A DNA stretch of 64,000 nt, taken from Nocardioidaceae bacterium (GTDB lineage: Bacteria; Actinomycetota; Actinomycetes; Propionibacteriales; Nocardioidaceae). Of the stretch, positions 28,926-38,241 are shown one piece after another. The stretch covers positions 9,256 to 73,255 of the forward strand of contig DASSMS010000142.1 in assembly GCA_035688575.1 (NCBI GenBank), given 5' to 3'. Each line of letters starts with the position of its first letter. The first letter of the stretch is position 1. Under the pieces are notes generated by a model. The model worked only from the letters and a program-made list of their open reading frames with translations. It was not told where the DNA came from and did not search any database. The translations under genes were made by a program, and so were the position numbers.

Positions 28926-29558
28926 TTGAGAAGGCTCTACGTCGTCACGCATCCAGAGTCCGTGCACCACGTGTCCCGCGTCGTGGGCGGGTGGTTCGAC
29001 TCGGGGCTCACCGAACGCGGGCTCCGTCAGGCAGACCGGATCGCAGAGAGGATCCGCGAGCTCGTTCCCGATGGCTCGGCGGTGGAGCTGTACTCGTCCG
29101 ACCTCAGGCGTACGGCACAGACGGCGCAGGCGATCGCGCAGCGGCTGGGTGTGGAACCTGCCCTCGTCAGGGGCCTGCGCGAGAAGTCCTACGGTGCCGC
29201 CGAGGGCAGGGCACAGTCCTGGCTGGACGAGCGGTTCGTCCCACCCCCTCCGACCGGTGACCGGATGAGCCATCACGAGGGGATCGAGGGCGCTGAGACC
29301 AGGCAGGAGCTCGCAACCCGTGTCTACGGAGCCATGAGCGGCATCCTCGCCAGCCCGTGCGCCCACCAGGTCGTCGTCACCCACGGTTTCGCGCTCACCT
29401 TCGTCGTCGCCGCGTGGATCCACCTGCCACTGGAGTCCGCGGGCTATGTCGCCTTGCGTTCGACCAGCGGCAGCATCACGGTGCTGGAGCAGGACGACTT
29501 CTTCCACAACCGCGCCGTGGTCAGCCTTAACGACACCTCGCACCTGGAAGCTGTGTAG
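28926..29558 (+). CDS. Histidine phosphatase (phosphoglycerate mutase-like) family protein
   Basis: VVTHPES (variant of RHG), SSDLRRT, LREKSYG, VTHG, LNDTSHL; GGAGGAG before TTG. Confidence 0.85.
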   Translation: MRRLYVVTHPESVHHVSRVVGGWFDSGLTERGLRQADRIAERIRELVPDGSAVELYSSDLRRTAQTAQAIAQRLGVEPALVRGLREKSYGAAEGRAQSWLDERFVPPPPTGDRMSHHEGIEGAETRQELATRVYGAMSGILASPCAHQVVVTHGFALTFVVAAWIHLPLESAGYVALRSTSGSITVLEQDDFFHNRAVVSLNDTSHLEAV

Positions 29559-29639
29559 TCGCACCTCGCCCCGAAAGAGGCAGCCGTGTCTGATCCGACG
29601 GCCCCGTCGCGGCAGCCTGCCGGGGACCCGGTGCGTGGG

Positions 29640-30059
29640 TCACGGAACCGTCGAGATGGGTATCCCGGCCTGCTCCAGCTCGGCCTCGACCCGAAGCCGT
29701 TCCGACTCGCGCTCGAGCCCCTCGGGCAACGAGTCCAGGTCGGTCGACACCCCCACCGCACGACAGGCGGCGAGCAGGAGGTCGTCGTAGGCAGCCACGA
29801 CGCCCCTGTGCTTCGCGTTGGTGGTCCCCTGGCGGTGTCGCCTCGCCTCGGGCTGCAGACGACGCAGGTCTCGTGCGATCCGCTCGAGCGGCAGTCCCAG
29901 GGGCGTCGGAGCGGGCGGGGGAAGGAGACGCAGGCGGCGACCGATCCGGGTCAGCCAGGCAGCGATCTGACGCGCATAGAACACGCTGCCCACCGCCAGC
30001 GCCAGGAGCGCCGTGGCGGCAAGGACCCGGAGGAGGCCTCCGACCGTGTCGTCGACCAT
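29640..30059 (-). CDS. Hypothetical membrane-anchored protein
   Basis: N-terminal TM; PLERIARDLRRL...AYDDLLLAAC...RLRVEAEL. Confidence 0.7.
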   Translation of the reverse strand: MVDDTVGGLLRVLAATALLALAVGSVFYARQIAAWLTRIGRRLRLLPPPAPTPLGLPLERIARDLRRLQPEARRHRQGTTNAKHRGVVAAYDDLLLAACRAVGVSTDLDSLPEGLERESERLRVEAELEQAGIPISTVP

Positions 30060-30130
30060 GACTCGACGGTAGATCGCAGCGGTGCGTCACGCAACGGAGG
30101 CGATCGCGCTCCCGACGCCCGCCCAGAGGG

Positions 30131-31147
30131 TCACGGCGCGCTCGTGTACTGGTAGAGCACCTCGCCTGCGCTGTTCTCGACCACGGCAACGTAGTGACCC
30201 AACGGCCCGGTCGCGTCAGCGAGATGGATACGCGCCGCCCATCGACCCTTGACCACTGGGACGACGAAGCGCTCGCCGCTGTCGACGAAGGTGAGGAGGA
30301 TCCGGCTCGCCTCCTCGGCGACCTCGCCGCGGCCGTCGTACAAGGTGCCGCTGCCGTGCCAAAGCTGTCCCTCGATCGGTGTGCGAGCGGTCTTGATGCT
30401 CAGCGACGAACCGCTGAAGCCGGTGTCGCCGGGGAAGCGGTAGCCCTTGCCCGACTGGCGGCGGCCGATCTGGCGGTCACTCCCCTGCGGCATGGTGACC
30501 TCCTGGTCACTACCGGAGTCCCAGCCTCTCGGCTGCAGGCTGCAGTACGCCGTGTAGCCGTTCGTCGAGGCCAGCACCGCCTCGACGCCGGAGGCTGCGG
30601 CCATCGAGGTGACGACGGACCATCCGGTGAAGTCGTGGCCGGCCACGGTGCCGCACTGCTGAAGGATCCCGGCGTCGTCGGTGGCGATCGGTGCTGACAC
30701 CTCCCGAGGCAGGAGCTCCTCCCGGATCCGACACTCGACCCTCACCCGCCTGTCGTCCCTTCGGACGATCGTGAGGTCCCCGGCGGTCCTCCGGCGGCTC
30801 AGCACCACTACCCACTCAGCCGACGGGTCGTGTCCGGCCGCGACGATGTCGTCTCGGCACTCCTGTTCTTCGATCGGCGTCAAAGCTCCGGGGAACCTCG
30901 GCTCGTAGACGATGGGCGTGTAGGCCCCGCTCGGAGCGGGGTCGCCGTCGGCCGGAGGCGTGGCGGTGGGCGAGCCGTCCCGCACGTCGACCGCTTCGGT
31001 CGTCGAGGCGACCGGCGCGCACGAGACGGTCAGCACCGCGACCGCGACGGCTGCCGCACCGGTGAGGGCGATCTCCCTCCGGCCCCCGGTGCGGCGCCGG
31101 GACGGGGAAGGGCGCGGTCGAGCGAACCGCAGTCCGGCGGAGTGCAT
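30131..31147 (-). CDS. Hypothetical exported / lipoprotein-like protein
   Basis: Basic N-terminus, hydrophobic stretch ending VSC, Cys pairs. The start is uncertain. Confidence 0.6.
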   Translation of the reverse strand: MHSAGLRFARPRPSPSRRRTGGRREIALTGAAAVAVAVLTVSCAPVASTTEAVDVRDGSPTATPPADGDPAPSGAYTPIVYEPRFPGALTPIEEQECRDDIVAAGHDPSAEWVVVLSRRRTAGDLTIVRRDDRRVRVECRIREELLPREVSAPIATDDAGILQQCGTVAGHDFTGWSVVTSMAAASGVEAVLASTNGYTAYCSLQPRGWDSGSDQEVTMPQGSDRQIGRRQSGKGYRFPGDTGFSGSSLSIKTARTPIEGQLWHGSGTLYDGRGEVAEEASRILLTFVDSGERFVVPVVKGRWAARIHLADATGPLGHYVAVVENSAGEVLYQYTSAP

Positions 31148-31196
31148 GGTCGACGGTCCCACGACCGAGGTCCGCACGTCCCGCGATCGGCAGGAG

Positions 31197-34100
31197 TCAG
31201 GCGACGTCGAGAGCCTTGCGGATCCGGGTGTCGGAGACCGGATGAGCGGTCCCGAGCTGCTGGGCCCACAGGCTGACCCGCAGCTCCTCGAGCATCCACC
31301 GGACCTTGCGCAACCCGGCACTCGGTGGCCGCCCCGCGGGGAGCGCGTCGACCCGGTGCAGGTAGGCCTCCTGGAGACTGGCGACCTGGTCCATCAGCAG
31401 CCGGTCACGACCGACGGAGGCCGGTAGCTTCTCACGGCGCTGCCGCACGGCGTTGAGGTAGCGCGGGAGCTCCCGGATCTGGGCGGCTCCCACGTCCGAC
31501 ACGAAGCCGCGGAAGACGAGTCTTCCCACCTGTGCCTTCATGTCGGCGAGCGCGGGGAGCATCGGCAGGTCCGCGGACCCGCTCAAGACACGGTCGGTCT
31601 CCCGCCACTCGCCGAGCACCCGGCCCACGGCGTGCATGACCGCCCGGGTCCTCTCCTCGACCTCCTTGCGGACCCTGCCCGCCAGCACGTCGAAGCCGGC
31701 CTCGTCCCACACCAGACCGTGCGCGTCGACCACCTCGTCGACCGCCGCCGCGACGCAGTCCTCGAGCAGCTCCTGCGTCGAGGGGTAGGGCGAGGCCGAC
31801 AGCGTGAGCTTCTCGGCATTGCTCAGGTCCTTCGCGATCGCGCGGGCAGGAGAAGGCACTGTGAGCATGAGCAGCCGTCTCAGCCCGATCCGCATGGTGG
31901 CCTCCTGCTCGGCCTCCGACCCGAACACCTGCAGGCCCACGGTGGGCGTCCCGCCGGGCAGCCGGGCCTCGTCGACGAGTGCCGGGAAGCCGCGGACCTC
32001 GTGGCCGGCTCGCTGTTGCGTGAACGTCTGCTCGATCGTCCCGAACGTCCAAGCCTCCTGGCCCGTGACGCTGACCCCGCTCGACTCCGCGGCCTCGGCC
32101 ATCGCCTGCGCGAACTTGGGGCGCAGCGGCGCCCTGAGCGCCTCGAGGTCCTTGCCCTCGGCGACGACCCCGCCGGTCTCGTCCAGGACCCGGAAGGTGG
32201 GGCGAAGGTGGTCGGGCACCTTCGACCAGTCCCAGGCCTCCCGGGGGACGACGATGCCGGTGGTCGAGCGCAGGAACCGCTCGAGCGCGTCGAGCAGGGG
32301 CTCCTCACCGGGTGAGACGGCCGCGAGGAACGCACGGGCGTGGTTCGGGGCGGGCACGAAGTTCACGCGCAGCTGCTTGGGCAGGGAGCGTATGAGCGAC
32401 ACGACGAGATCCTCACGGAGGCCCGGGACCTGCCAGGAGAACGCCTCTGGGCTGACCTGGTTGAGCGTGCCTACGGCGAGGTGGACCGTGACCCCGTCGG
32501 CGGCGGCTCCCGGTTCGAACTGGTACGTCAGCGGCAGGACGAGGTCGCCCTCTCGCCACTCGTCGGGGTAGTCGGCCTGGTCCACGTCGGCCACGGACGG
32601 GTTGACCAGCATCTCGGGGTCGAAGGTCAGCAGGTCGGGCCTGCGCTGCCGTTCGCGCTTCCACCAGGTGTCGAAGTGCGTGCCCGACACCACGTCCGCG
32701 CCGACCCGGGCGTCGTAGAAGTCGAAGAGCGTGTGCTCGTCGACCAGGATGTCCTTGCGCCGTGCGCGGTGCTCGAGCTCCTCCACCTCCTCGAGCAGAG
32801 CACGGTTCTCGGCGAAGAACCTGTGACGGGTGGACCACTCGCCGTACACCAGGGCATGCCTGATGAAGATCTCTCGCGAGGCCGCGGTGTCCACCGTGTG
32901 GTAGGGAACCAAGCGGTCGGCGACCAGCGGGACGCCGTACAGGGTCACCCGTTCGTAGGCCATCACCGCAGCGCGCTTCTTCGACCAGTGCGGCTCCGAG
33001 TAGGTGCGTTTCACCAGGTGGGCACCCAGCCGCTCGGCCCACTCGGGCTTGATCGCGGCGTTGACCCGCCCCCACAGTCGCGAGGTCTCCACCAGCTCGG
33101 CTGCCATCACGAACTGGGGCTGCTTCCGGAACAGTCCCGATCCGGGGAAGACCGCGAACCGCGTGTTGCGGGCGCCGAGGTAGTCGCGCCGGTCGGGGTC
33201 ACGCAGGCCGATGTGCGAGAGCAGCCCGGCGAGCAGGGACTGGTGGATGGCGTCGGCGTCGGGAACGTCCGCCACAGGACCGACGTCGAGCTTCAGCTGC
33301 TTGGCGACCTGGCGCAGCTGTGCCTCGAGCTCCTGCCACTCCCGGATCCGCAGGTAGTTGAGGTACTCCCCTTTGCACATGCGCCGGAACGCGCTCGACG
33401 ACAGCGCGCGCTGCTGCTCGCGCACGTAGCGCCAGAGGTTCGTCAGCGTCATGAAGTCGGAGGTCTCGTCGCGGAACCGCGCGTGCATCTGGTCGGCCTG
33501 CGCCCGCAGCTCGGCCGGTCTCTCCCGCGGGTCCTGGATGGACAGCGCCGCAGCGATGACGAGGACCTCGCGGAGGCAGCCGAGCCGGTCGGCCTCGATC
33601 ACCATGCGTGCCAGGCGCGGGTCGATCGGGAGCACGGCGAGCTGGCGACCGAGCTTCGTCAGACGTCGACGCGGGTCCTTCTCGCGCGGGTCGAGGGCAC
33701 CGAGCTCCTCGAGCAGCTGCACGCCGGCCTTCACGTTGCGCTGGTCGGGCGCGTCGACGAAGGGGAACCGCCCTACGTCGCCGAGCCCGAGCGCAGTCAT
33801 CTGGAGGATGACGGAGGCGAGGTTCGTGCGGAGGATCTCGGGGTCGGTGAACTCCGGCCGGCCCTCGAAGTCCTCCTCGGAGTACAGCCGGATGCAGATA
33901 CCTGCCTCGACGCGGCCGCACCGGCCCTTGCGCTGGTTGGCCGAGGCCTGGCTGATCGGCTCGATCGGCAGACGCTGCACCTTCGTCCGGAACGAGTACC
34001 GGGAGATCCGTGCAAAGCCCGCGTCGACGACGTACCGGATGCCCGGGACGGTCAGCGAGGTCTCCGCGACGTTGGTCGAGAGGACCACCCGACGCTTGGT

Positions 34101-35108
34101 GTGCCGCTCGAAGACCCGATGCTGCTCGGCGCTGGACAGCCGTGCGTAGAGCGGGACGACCTCGAGCTCGTCGACGGCGCGGCGAGGCCTGACCTTGCTC
34201 AGGACATCCGCGGTGTCGCGGATCTCCTGCTCGCCTGGCAGGAAGACCAGGATGTCGCCGGGGCCCTCCTCGACGAGCTCCTTGACCGCGTCGACGATCG
34301 CCTCGGTCTGGTCGCGGACGACCGGCTCGCCCTCGTCGTCGTCGTAGGTCTCCTCCACCAGCGGGCGGTAGCGGACCTCGACCGGGTAGGTCCGCCCGGA
34401 GACCTCGACGATCGGCGCGGGTTCGCCGTCCCCGTCGGCGAAGTGCCAGGCGAAGCGCTCGGGGTCGATCGTGGCCGAGGTGATGATCACCTTCAGGTCC
34501 GGCCGCTTGGGCAGCAGCTGCTTGAGGTAGCCGATGATGAAGTCGATGTTGAGGCTGCGCTCGTGTGCCTCGTCGATGATCAAGGTGTCGTACGCCGAGA
34601 GCATCCGGTCGTGCTGGAGCTCGTTGAGCAGAATCCCGTCGGTCATGAGCTTCACCAGGGTGTCGTCGCCCGACCGGTCGGTGAACCGCACCTGGTAGCC
34701 GACCGACGTGCCCAGCTCCACGTCGAGCTCCTCGGCGATCCGCTCCGCCACGCTCCGGGCAGCGATGCGCCGGGGCTGGGTGTGACCGATCAGCCCCTGC
34801 ACACCGCGTCCGAGCTCGAGACAGATCTTGGGCAGCTGGGTTGTCTTCCCCGACCCGGTCTCCCCCGCCACGATCACGACCTGGTGGTCGCGGATCGCGG
34901 CTGCGATGTCCTCGCGCCGCTCTGCGACCGGCAGCTCGGGTGGGTAGTGGACGGAGGGGACGAGAGCCGTGCGTGCCTCGACCTGCTCGGGTGTGAACCG
35001 GTGGCGGCGCTGTGGTCGACCGCCCTGGCCGCGCCTGCCGCCTCGAGGTCCGGGCCCCTGGGGTCGTCGAGGGGGGCGACGACGCTGCGGATGGCCTGCC
35101 TCAGTCAT
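31197..35108 (-). CDS. hrpA: ATP-dependent RNA helicase HrpA
   Basis: GETGSGKTTQ, TQPRRIAA, DEAH, SAT, QRKGRCGR, HA2 and long C-terminal domain; 1303 aa. Confidence 0.96.
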   Translation of the reverse strand: MTEAGHPQRRRPPRRPQGPGPRGGRRGQGGRPQRRHRFTPEQVEARTALVPSVHYPPELPVAERREDIAAAIRDHQVVIVAGETGSGKTTQLPKICLELGRGVQGLIGHTQPRRIAARSVAERIAEELDVELGTSVGYQVRFTDRSGDDTLVKLMTDGILLNELQHDRMLSAYDTLIIDEAHERSLNIDFIIGYLKQLLPKRPDLKVIITSATIDPERFAWHFADGDGEPAPIVEVSGRTYPVEVRYRPLVEETYDDDEGEPVVRDQTEAIVDAVKELVEEGPGDILVFLPGEQEIRDTADVLSKVRPRRAVDELEVVPLYARLSSAEQHRVFERHTKRRVVLSTNVAETSLTVPGIRYVVDAGFARISRYSFRTKVQRLPIEPISQASANQRKGRCGRVEAGICIRLYSEEDFEGRPEFTDPEILRTNLASVILQMTALGLGDVGRFPFVDAPDQRNVKAGVQLLEELGALDPREKDPRRRLTKLGRQLAVLPIDPRLARMVIEADRLGCLREVLVIAAALSIQDPRERPAELRAQADQMHARFRDETSDFMTLTNLWRYVREQQRALSSSAFRRMCKGEYLNYLRIREWQELEAQLRQVAKQLKLDVGPVADVPDADAIHQSLLAGLLSHIGLRDPDRRDYLGARNTRFAVFPGSGLFRKQPQFVMAAELVETSRLWGRVNAAIKPEWAERLGAHLVKRTYSEPHWSKKRAAVMAYERVTLYGVPLVADRLVPYHTVDTAASREIFIRHALVYGEWSTRHRFFAENRALLEEVEELEHRARRKDILVDEHTLFDFYDARVGADVVSGTHFDTWWKRERQRRPDLLTFDPEMLVNPSVADVDQADYPDEWREGDLVLPLTYQFEPGAAADGVTVHLAVGTLNQVSPEAFSWQVPGLREDLVVSLIRSLPKQLRVNFVPAPNHARAFLAAVSPGEEPLLDALERFLRSTTGIVVPREAWDWSKVPDHLRPTFRVLDETGGVVAEGKDLEALRAPLRPKFAQAMAEAAESSGVSVTGQEAWTFGTIEQTFTQQRAGHEVRGFPALVDEARLPGGTPTVGLQVFGSEAEQEATMRIGLRRLLMLTVPSPARAIAKDLSNAEKLTLSASPYPSTQELLEDCVAAAVDEVVDAHGLVWDEAGFDVLAGRVRKEVEERTRAVMHAVGRVLGEWRETDRVLSGSADLPMLPALADMKAQVGRLVFRGFVSDVGAAQIRELPRYLNAVRQRREKLPASVGRDRLLMDQVASLQEAYLHRVDALPAGRPPSAGLRKVRWMLEELRVSLWAQQLGTAHPVSDTRIRKALDVA

Positions 35109-35226
35109 GACGTCAGCAGTCTAGGTGTGGATCGACACGCCCGACTGTCACCCTCGGGGTTGCAGTGTCGGTCGAAGCATGTGCACGGTGGAGGTTGACC
35201 GACGCACTCAAGCGAAAGGCACGTTC

Positions 35227-35517
35227 GTGCTCACTCTGACCGAGAACGCCAACAACGTCGTCAAGAGCATCGTGGAGCAGGCCGGGCAGAGCTCCCAGGC
35301 CGGGCTGCGCATCAGCCAGGACGCCCCCGACAGCCCGGCCCTGCACGTCATGCCGACCGAGGCCCCGCAGCCAGGCGACCAGGTCGTCGAGGCGGAGGCC
35401 GGCGCTCGGGTGTTCCTCGAGGAGAACGCCGCCGAGACCCTCGACGACAAGATCCTCGACGCCCAGGTCGACGAGGGCGGCGGGGTGCAGTTCACCATCG
35501 CCGTGCAGCCTGGCTGA
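35227..35517 (+). CDS. HesB/IscA-like small protein lacking cysteines
   Basis: MLTLTENA...GLRI...PGDQVVE..GARVFLE..AAETLDDKILDA; AAAGG RBS. Confidence 0.75.
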   Translation: MLTLTENANNVVKSIVEQAGQSSQAGLRISQDAPDSPALHVMPTEAPQPGDQVVEAEAGARVFLEENAAETLDDKILDAQVDEGGGVQFTIAVQPG

Positions 35518-35528
35518 CCCAGCAGTCC

Positions 35529-36230
35529 TCAGCGCAACGCGGACCGGGTCAGCGGCGGGTTCAGCTCGTCTGCGCCCGCGACGTGGCGGTACAAGGCCGC
35601 GGGGCGTCCCGGTCCGCGTTGCACGCTGTCGCCCGTCGGCTCGACGAAGCCGGCGCTGGTGACCTTGCGGTGGAAGTTCCCCGCATCGAGCCCCACCCCC
35701 CAGACCACCTCGTAGACCCGTCGCAGGTCCGCGACCGTGAACTCGGGCCCCACGAACGCCGTGGCCAGCGCGGTGTACTCCAGCTTCGACCTTGCCCGCT
35801 CCACGCCGTCGGCCAGGATCTGGCGGTGGTCGAACGCGAGCCGTTCTCCGCCCAACAGCGACGGAACCGGCCTCCACTCCGCCTCCGCCGCGTCAGACCC
35901 TGCAGCAAGGGCGACCCCCTGCGGCAGCACGGCGAGCCAGGCGACGCTCACGACCCGGCCCCGCGGGTCACGGTCAGGGGCGCCGTAGGACCCGAGCTGC
36001 TCCAGCCGCCTCACCTGGGACCCGACACCGGTCTCCTCCTCCAGCTCGCGCACGGCAGCGTCCTGCAGCCCTTCCTCGGGCTCGACGAACCCTCCCGGCA
36101 ACGCCCAAAGGCCCTCGAACGGCTCACGGCCGCGTCGCACCACGAGCGCATGGAGCGCGTCGTCGCGGATCGTGAGGACCACCACGTCGACGGTGACGTA
36201 GAAGATCGGGTGCTCGCTGGTGTGGACCAC
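35529..36230 (-). CDS. NrtR-like Nudix + wHTH transcriptional regulator
   Basis: WALPGGF, AAVRELEEETG, RDPR, LAFDH, FTVADL..VYE..NFHRK...GRPAALY. Confidence 0.87.
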   Translation of the reverse strand: MVHTSEHPIFYVTVDVVVLTIRDDALHALVVRRGREPFEGLWALPGGFVEPEEGLQDAAVRELEEETGVGSQVRRLEQLGSYGAPDRDPRGRVVSVAWLAVLPQGVALAAGSDAAEAEWRPVPSLLGGERLAFDHRQILADGVERARSKLEYTALATAFVGPEFTVADLRRVYEVVWGVGLDAGNFHRKVTSAGFVEPTGDSVQRGPGRPAALYRHVAGADELNPPLTRSALR

Positions 36231-36244
36231 GAGCCGACCTTATC

Positions 36245-36259
36245 TTGTAGAAGTGACAA
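36245..36259. promoter_or_regulatory. NrtR-type operator TTGT-N7-ACAA
   Basis: AT-rich palindrome with GT-N7-AC core next to the - strand -10 (TAAGGT) of the regulator gene. Confidence 0.6.
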
Positions 36260-36364
36260 TTACCAGGATCCGTGCTTCGTGACCCGCCTGCCCCCCACCC
36301 GGGTGGTCCACCGTTTGAGACCTCGCAAAGGGGGCACCCTCCTGTCACCAAGAGGAGGGAACAC

Positions 36365-36508
36365 ATGGCTACCTTGTTGTGGATCATCGCAGTCGCTCTC
36401 GTGATCTGGGGGATCGTCACCCTGGTCCGAGGCGGAGTCCTGATGGGCATCCTGCTCATCGTCGTCGGCCTGCTGGTCGGCCCCGGAGGCGTCAGCATCT
36501 TCGGTTGA
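36365..36508 (+). CDS. GPGG-motif small membrane protein
   Basis: MATLLWIIAVALVIWGIV...GLLVGPGGVSIFG; GGAGG RBS. Confidence 0.85.
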   Translation: MATLLWIIAVALVIWGIVTLVRGGVLMGILLIVVGLLVGPGGVSIFG

Positions 36509-36531
36509 CGGACGTCACCTTTCTGCAACCT

Positions 36532-36568
36532 CGACGATGGCCCGGTCAGATCGACCGGGCCATCGTCG
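36532..36568. terminator. Hairpin terminator between convergent genes
   Basis: Perfect 16-bp inverted repeat CGACGATGGCCCGGTC with 5-nt loop. Confidence 0.75.
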
Positions 36569-36582
36569 CGTGGGTGGACATC

Positions 36583-37470
36583 TCAGGGGCGGACGACCGC
36601 CACGGGACAGTAGGCACGCTCGGCCACACCGCGGCTGACCGAGCCGAGCAGGGTCGTCGCGAGCAGCCTTCTTCCTCGACTGCCCACTACGACCAGTGAC
36701 GCCTCGCGCGAGGCCTCGACGAGCTGGCGCACCGGCTCACCCCGGCGGTAGGTCTCGGTGACGACGACGTCGGGGTACTTCTCGCACAGGCCCGCGACAG
36801 TCTCGGCGACCAGCCGTTCCTCCTCCTCGCTGAGGTTGACCTTCTCCGCGTAGCTGCGCAGGTCCGCGATCGGGGCCGCCTGCTCACGCAGGTCCCAGGT
36901 CGCGTGGAGCAGTGTCAGCGGCGCTGCACGCAGCGACGCCATCCGGAAGGCGAACTCGACGGCGGCCGACGAGACCGGGGTGCCGTCCACCCCCACGACC
37001 ACCGGTCGCTCGTCCTCCTCCGGTGCCTCGTCGAAGGCCCGGATGATGATCACGGGGCAGTGCGACTCGCGCGCCAAGGTGGCGCTGACGGAGCCGAGGA
37101 GCGCACTTGCGACGGTGCCGCGTCCCCGCGCCCCGAGCACGATCATGTCCGCCGACTCCGAGGCCTCGCCCAGGACGGTCTCGGCGTGACCCATGGTGAC
37201 GATGCTGTCGACGCCGATGGTGGCGTCGGTCAGCCGCGCCTCCCGGACCGCTTCGCGCGCGATGGAACGGCCGACAGACATCAGCCCCCGCTCGTTGGCG
37301 ACGATGTCCTCGAAGTCCTGCATCGCCCCCGGGACGCCGCAGGCATGTACGACGACCAGCTCCCTGCCCTCGAGTGCAGCCTGCCGGACAGCCCAGTCGA
37401 GGGCTGCCGCAGCGGGCTCCGACCCGTCGACGCCGACGACCACCGACCCGTGCACCACTGACATGTCCAT
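36583..37470 (-). CDS. Universal stress protein (tandem USP domains)
   Basis: Two VVVGVDG...G.RG...LLGSVS...CPV units. Confidence 0.92.
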   Translation of the reverse strand: MDMSVVHGSVVVGVDGSEPAAAALDWAVRQAALEGRELVVVHACGVPGAMQDFEDIVANERGLMSVGRSIAREAVREARLTDATIGVDSIVTMGHAETVLGEASESADMIVLGARGRGTVASALLGSVSATLARESHCPVIIIRAFDEAPEEDERPVVVGVDGTPVSSAAVEFAFRMASLRAAPLTLLHATWDLREQAAPIADLRSYAEKVNLSEEEERLVAETVAGLCEKYPDVVVTETYRRGEPVRQLVEASREASLVVVGSRGRRLLATTLLGSVSRGVAERAYCPVAVVRP

Positions 37471-37527
37471 GGCTCAAGGCTCCCCACCCGGGCAGGGCGT
37501 CCATAGGGCACAGCGACCAACACGTTC

Positions 37528-37541
37528 GGGACCTTCGGCCC
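37528..37541. promoter_or_regulatory. DosR/DevR-type box GGGACCTTCGGCCC
   Basis: Between divergent usp and response regulator genes; same 14-mer inverted at 43338-43351. Confidence 0.7.
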
Positions 37542-37583
37542 GGCTCGCGTGCAAACGAAGGACGAGCAGGGTAGAAAGGCCCC

Positions 37584-38225
37584 ATGGCAAGCACCCCCAT
37601 CCGCGTCTTCCTTCTCGACGACCACGAGGTCGTCCGCCGAGGCCTTCACGACCTCCTCGAGAGCGAGGGGGACATCGAGGTGGTGGGTGAGTCCGGCTCG
37701 GTCAAGGAGGCGATCGCTCGCATCCCGGCACTGCGGCCTGACGTCGCCGTGCTCGACGGTCGGCTTCCCGACGGCAGCGGCATCGACGTGTGTCGCGAGG
37801 TCCGCTCGATCGACCCGAACATCAAGGCGCTGATCCTGACCAGCTACGACGACGACGAGGCGCTGTTCGCGGCGATCCTCGCCGGAGCGGCGGGCTACGT
37901 GCTCAAGCAGATCACCGGCAGCGACCTCATCGACGGCGTACGCCGTGTGGCCGCAGGCCAGTCGCTCCTGGACCCGACGCTCACCGCCCGCGTGCTCGAG
38001 CGCGTGCGCAAGGGCCCGGAGGTCAACGAGGAGCTCGCGGCGCTGACCGAACAGGAGCGCAAGATCCTCGCGCTCATTGCCGAGGGGCTGACCAACCGTC
38101 AGATCGGCGAGCGGCTCTTCCTGGCAGAGAAGACGGTCAAGAACTACGTCTCGAGCATCCTGGCCAAGCTCGGTCTCGAGCGACGCACCCAGGCCGCGGT
38201 CCTGGCCGCCAAGCTCCTCCGCTGA
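37584..38225 (+). CDS. devR: DosR/DevR-like NarL-family response regulator
   Basis: [70 protein letters not shown]. Confidence 0.85.
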   Translation: MASTPIRVFLLDDHEVVRRGLHDLLESEGDIEVVGESGSVKEAIARIPALRPDVAVLDGRLPDGSGIDVCREVRSIDPNIKALILTSYDDDEALFAAILAGAAGYVLKQITGSDLIDGVRRVAAGQSLLDPTLTARVLERVRKGPEVNEELAALTEQERKILALIAEGLTNRQIGERLFLAEKTVKNYVSSILAKLGLERRTQAAVLAAKLLR

Positions 38226-38241
38226 CCCCGGTGCGGTCCAG

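Noticed and set aside
32340-35198. 952-aa + strand ORF
   Set aside because: Antisense shadow of hrpA, typical of high-GC coding DNA; no motifs.
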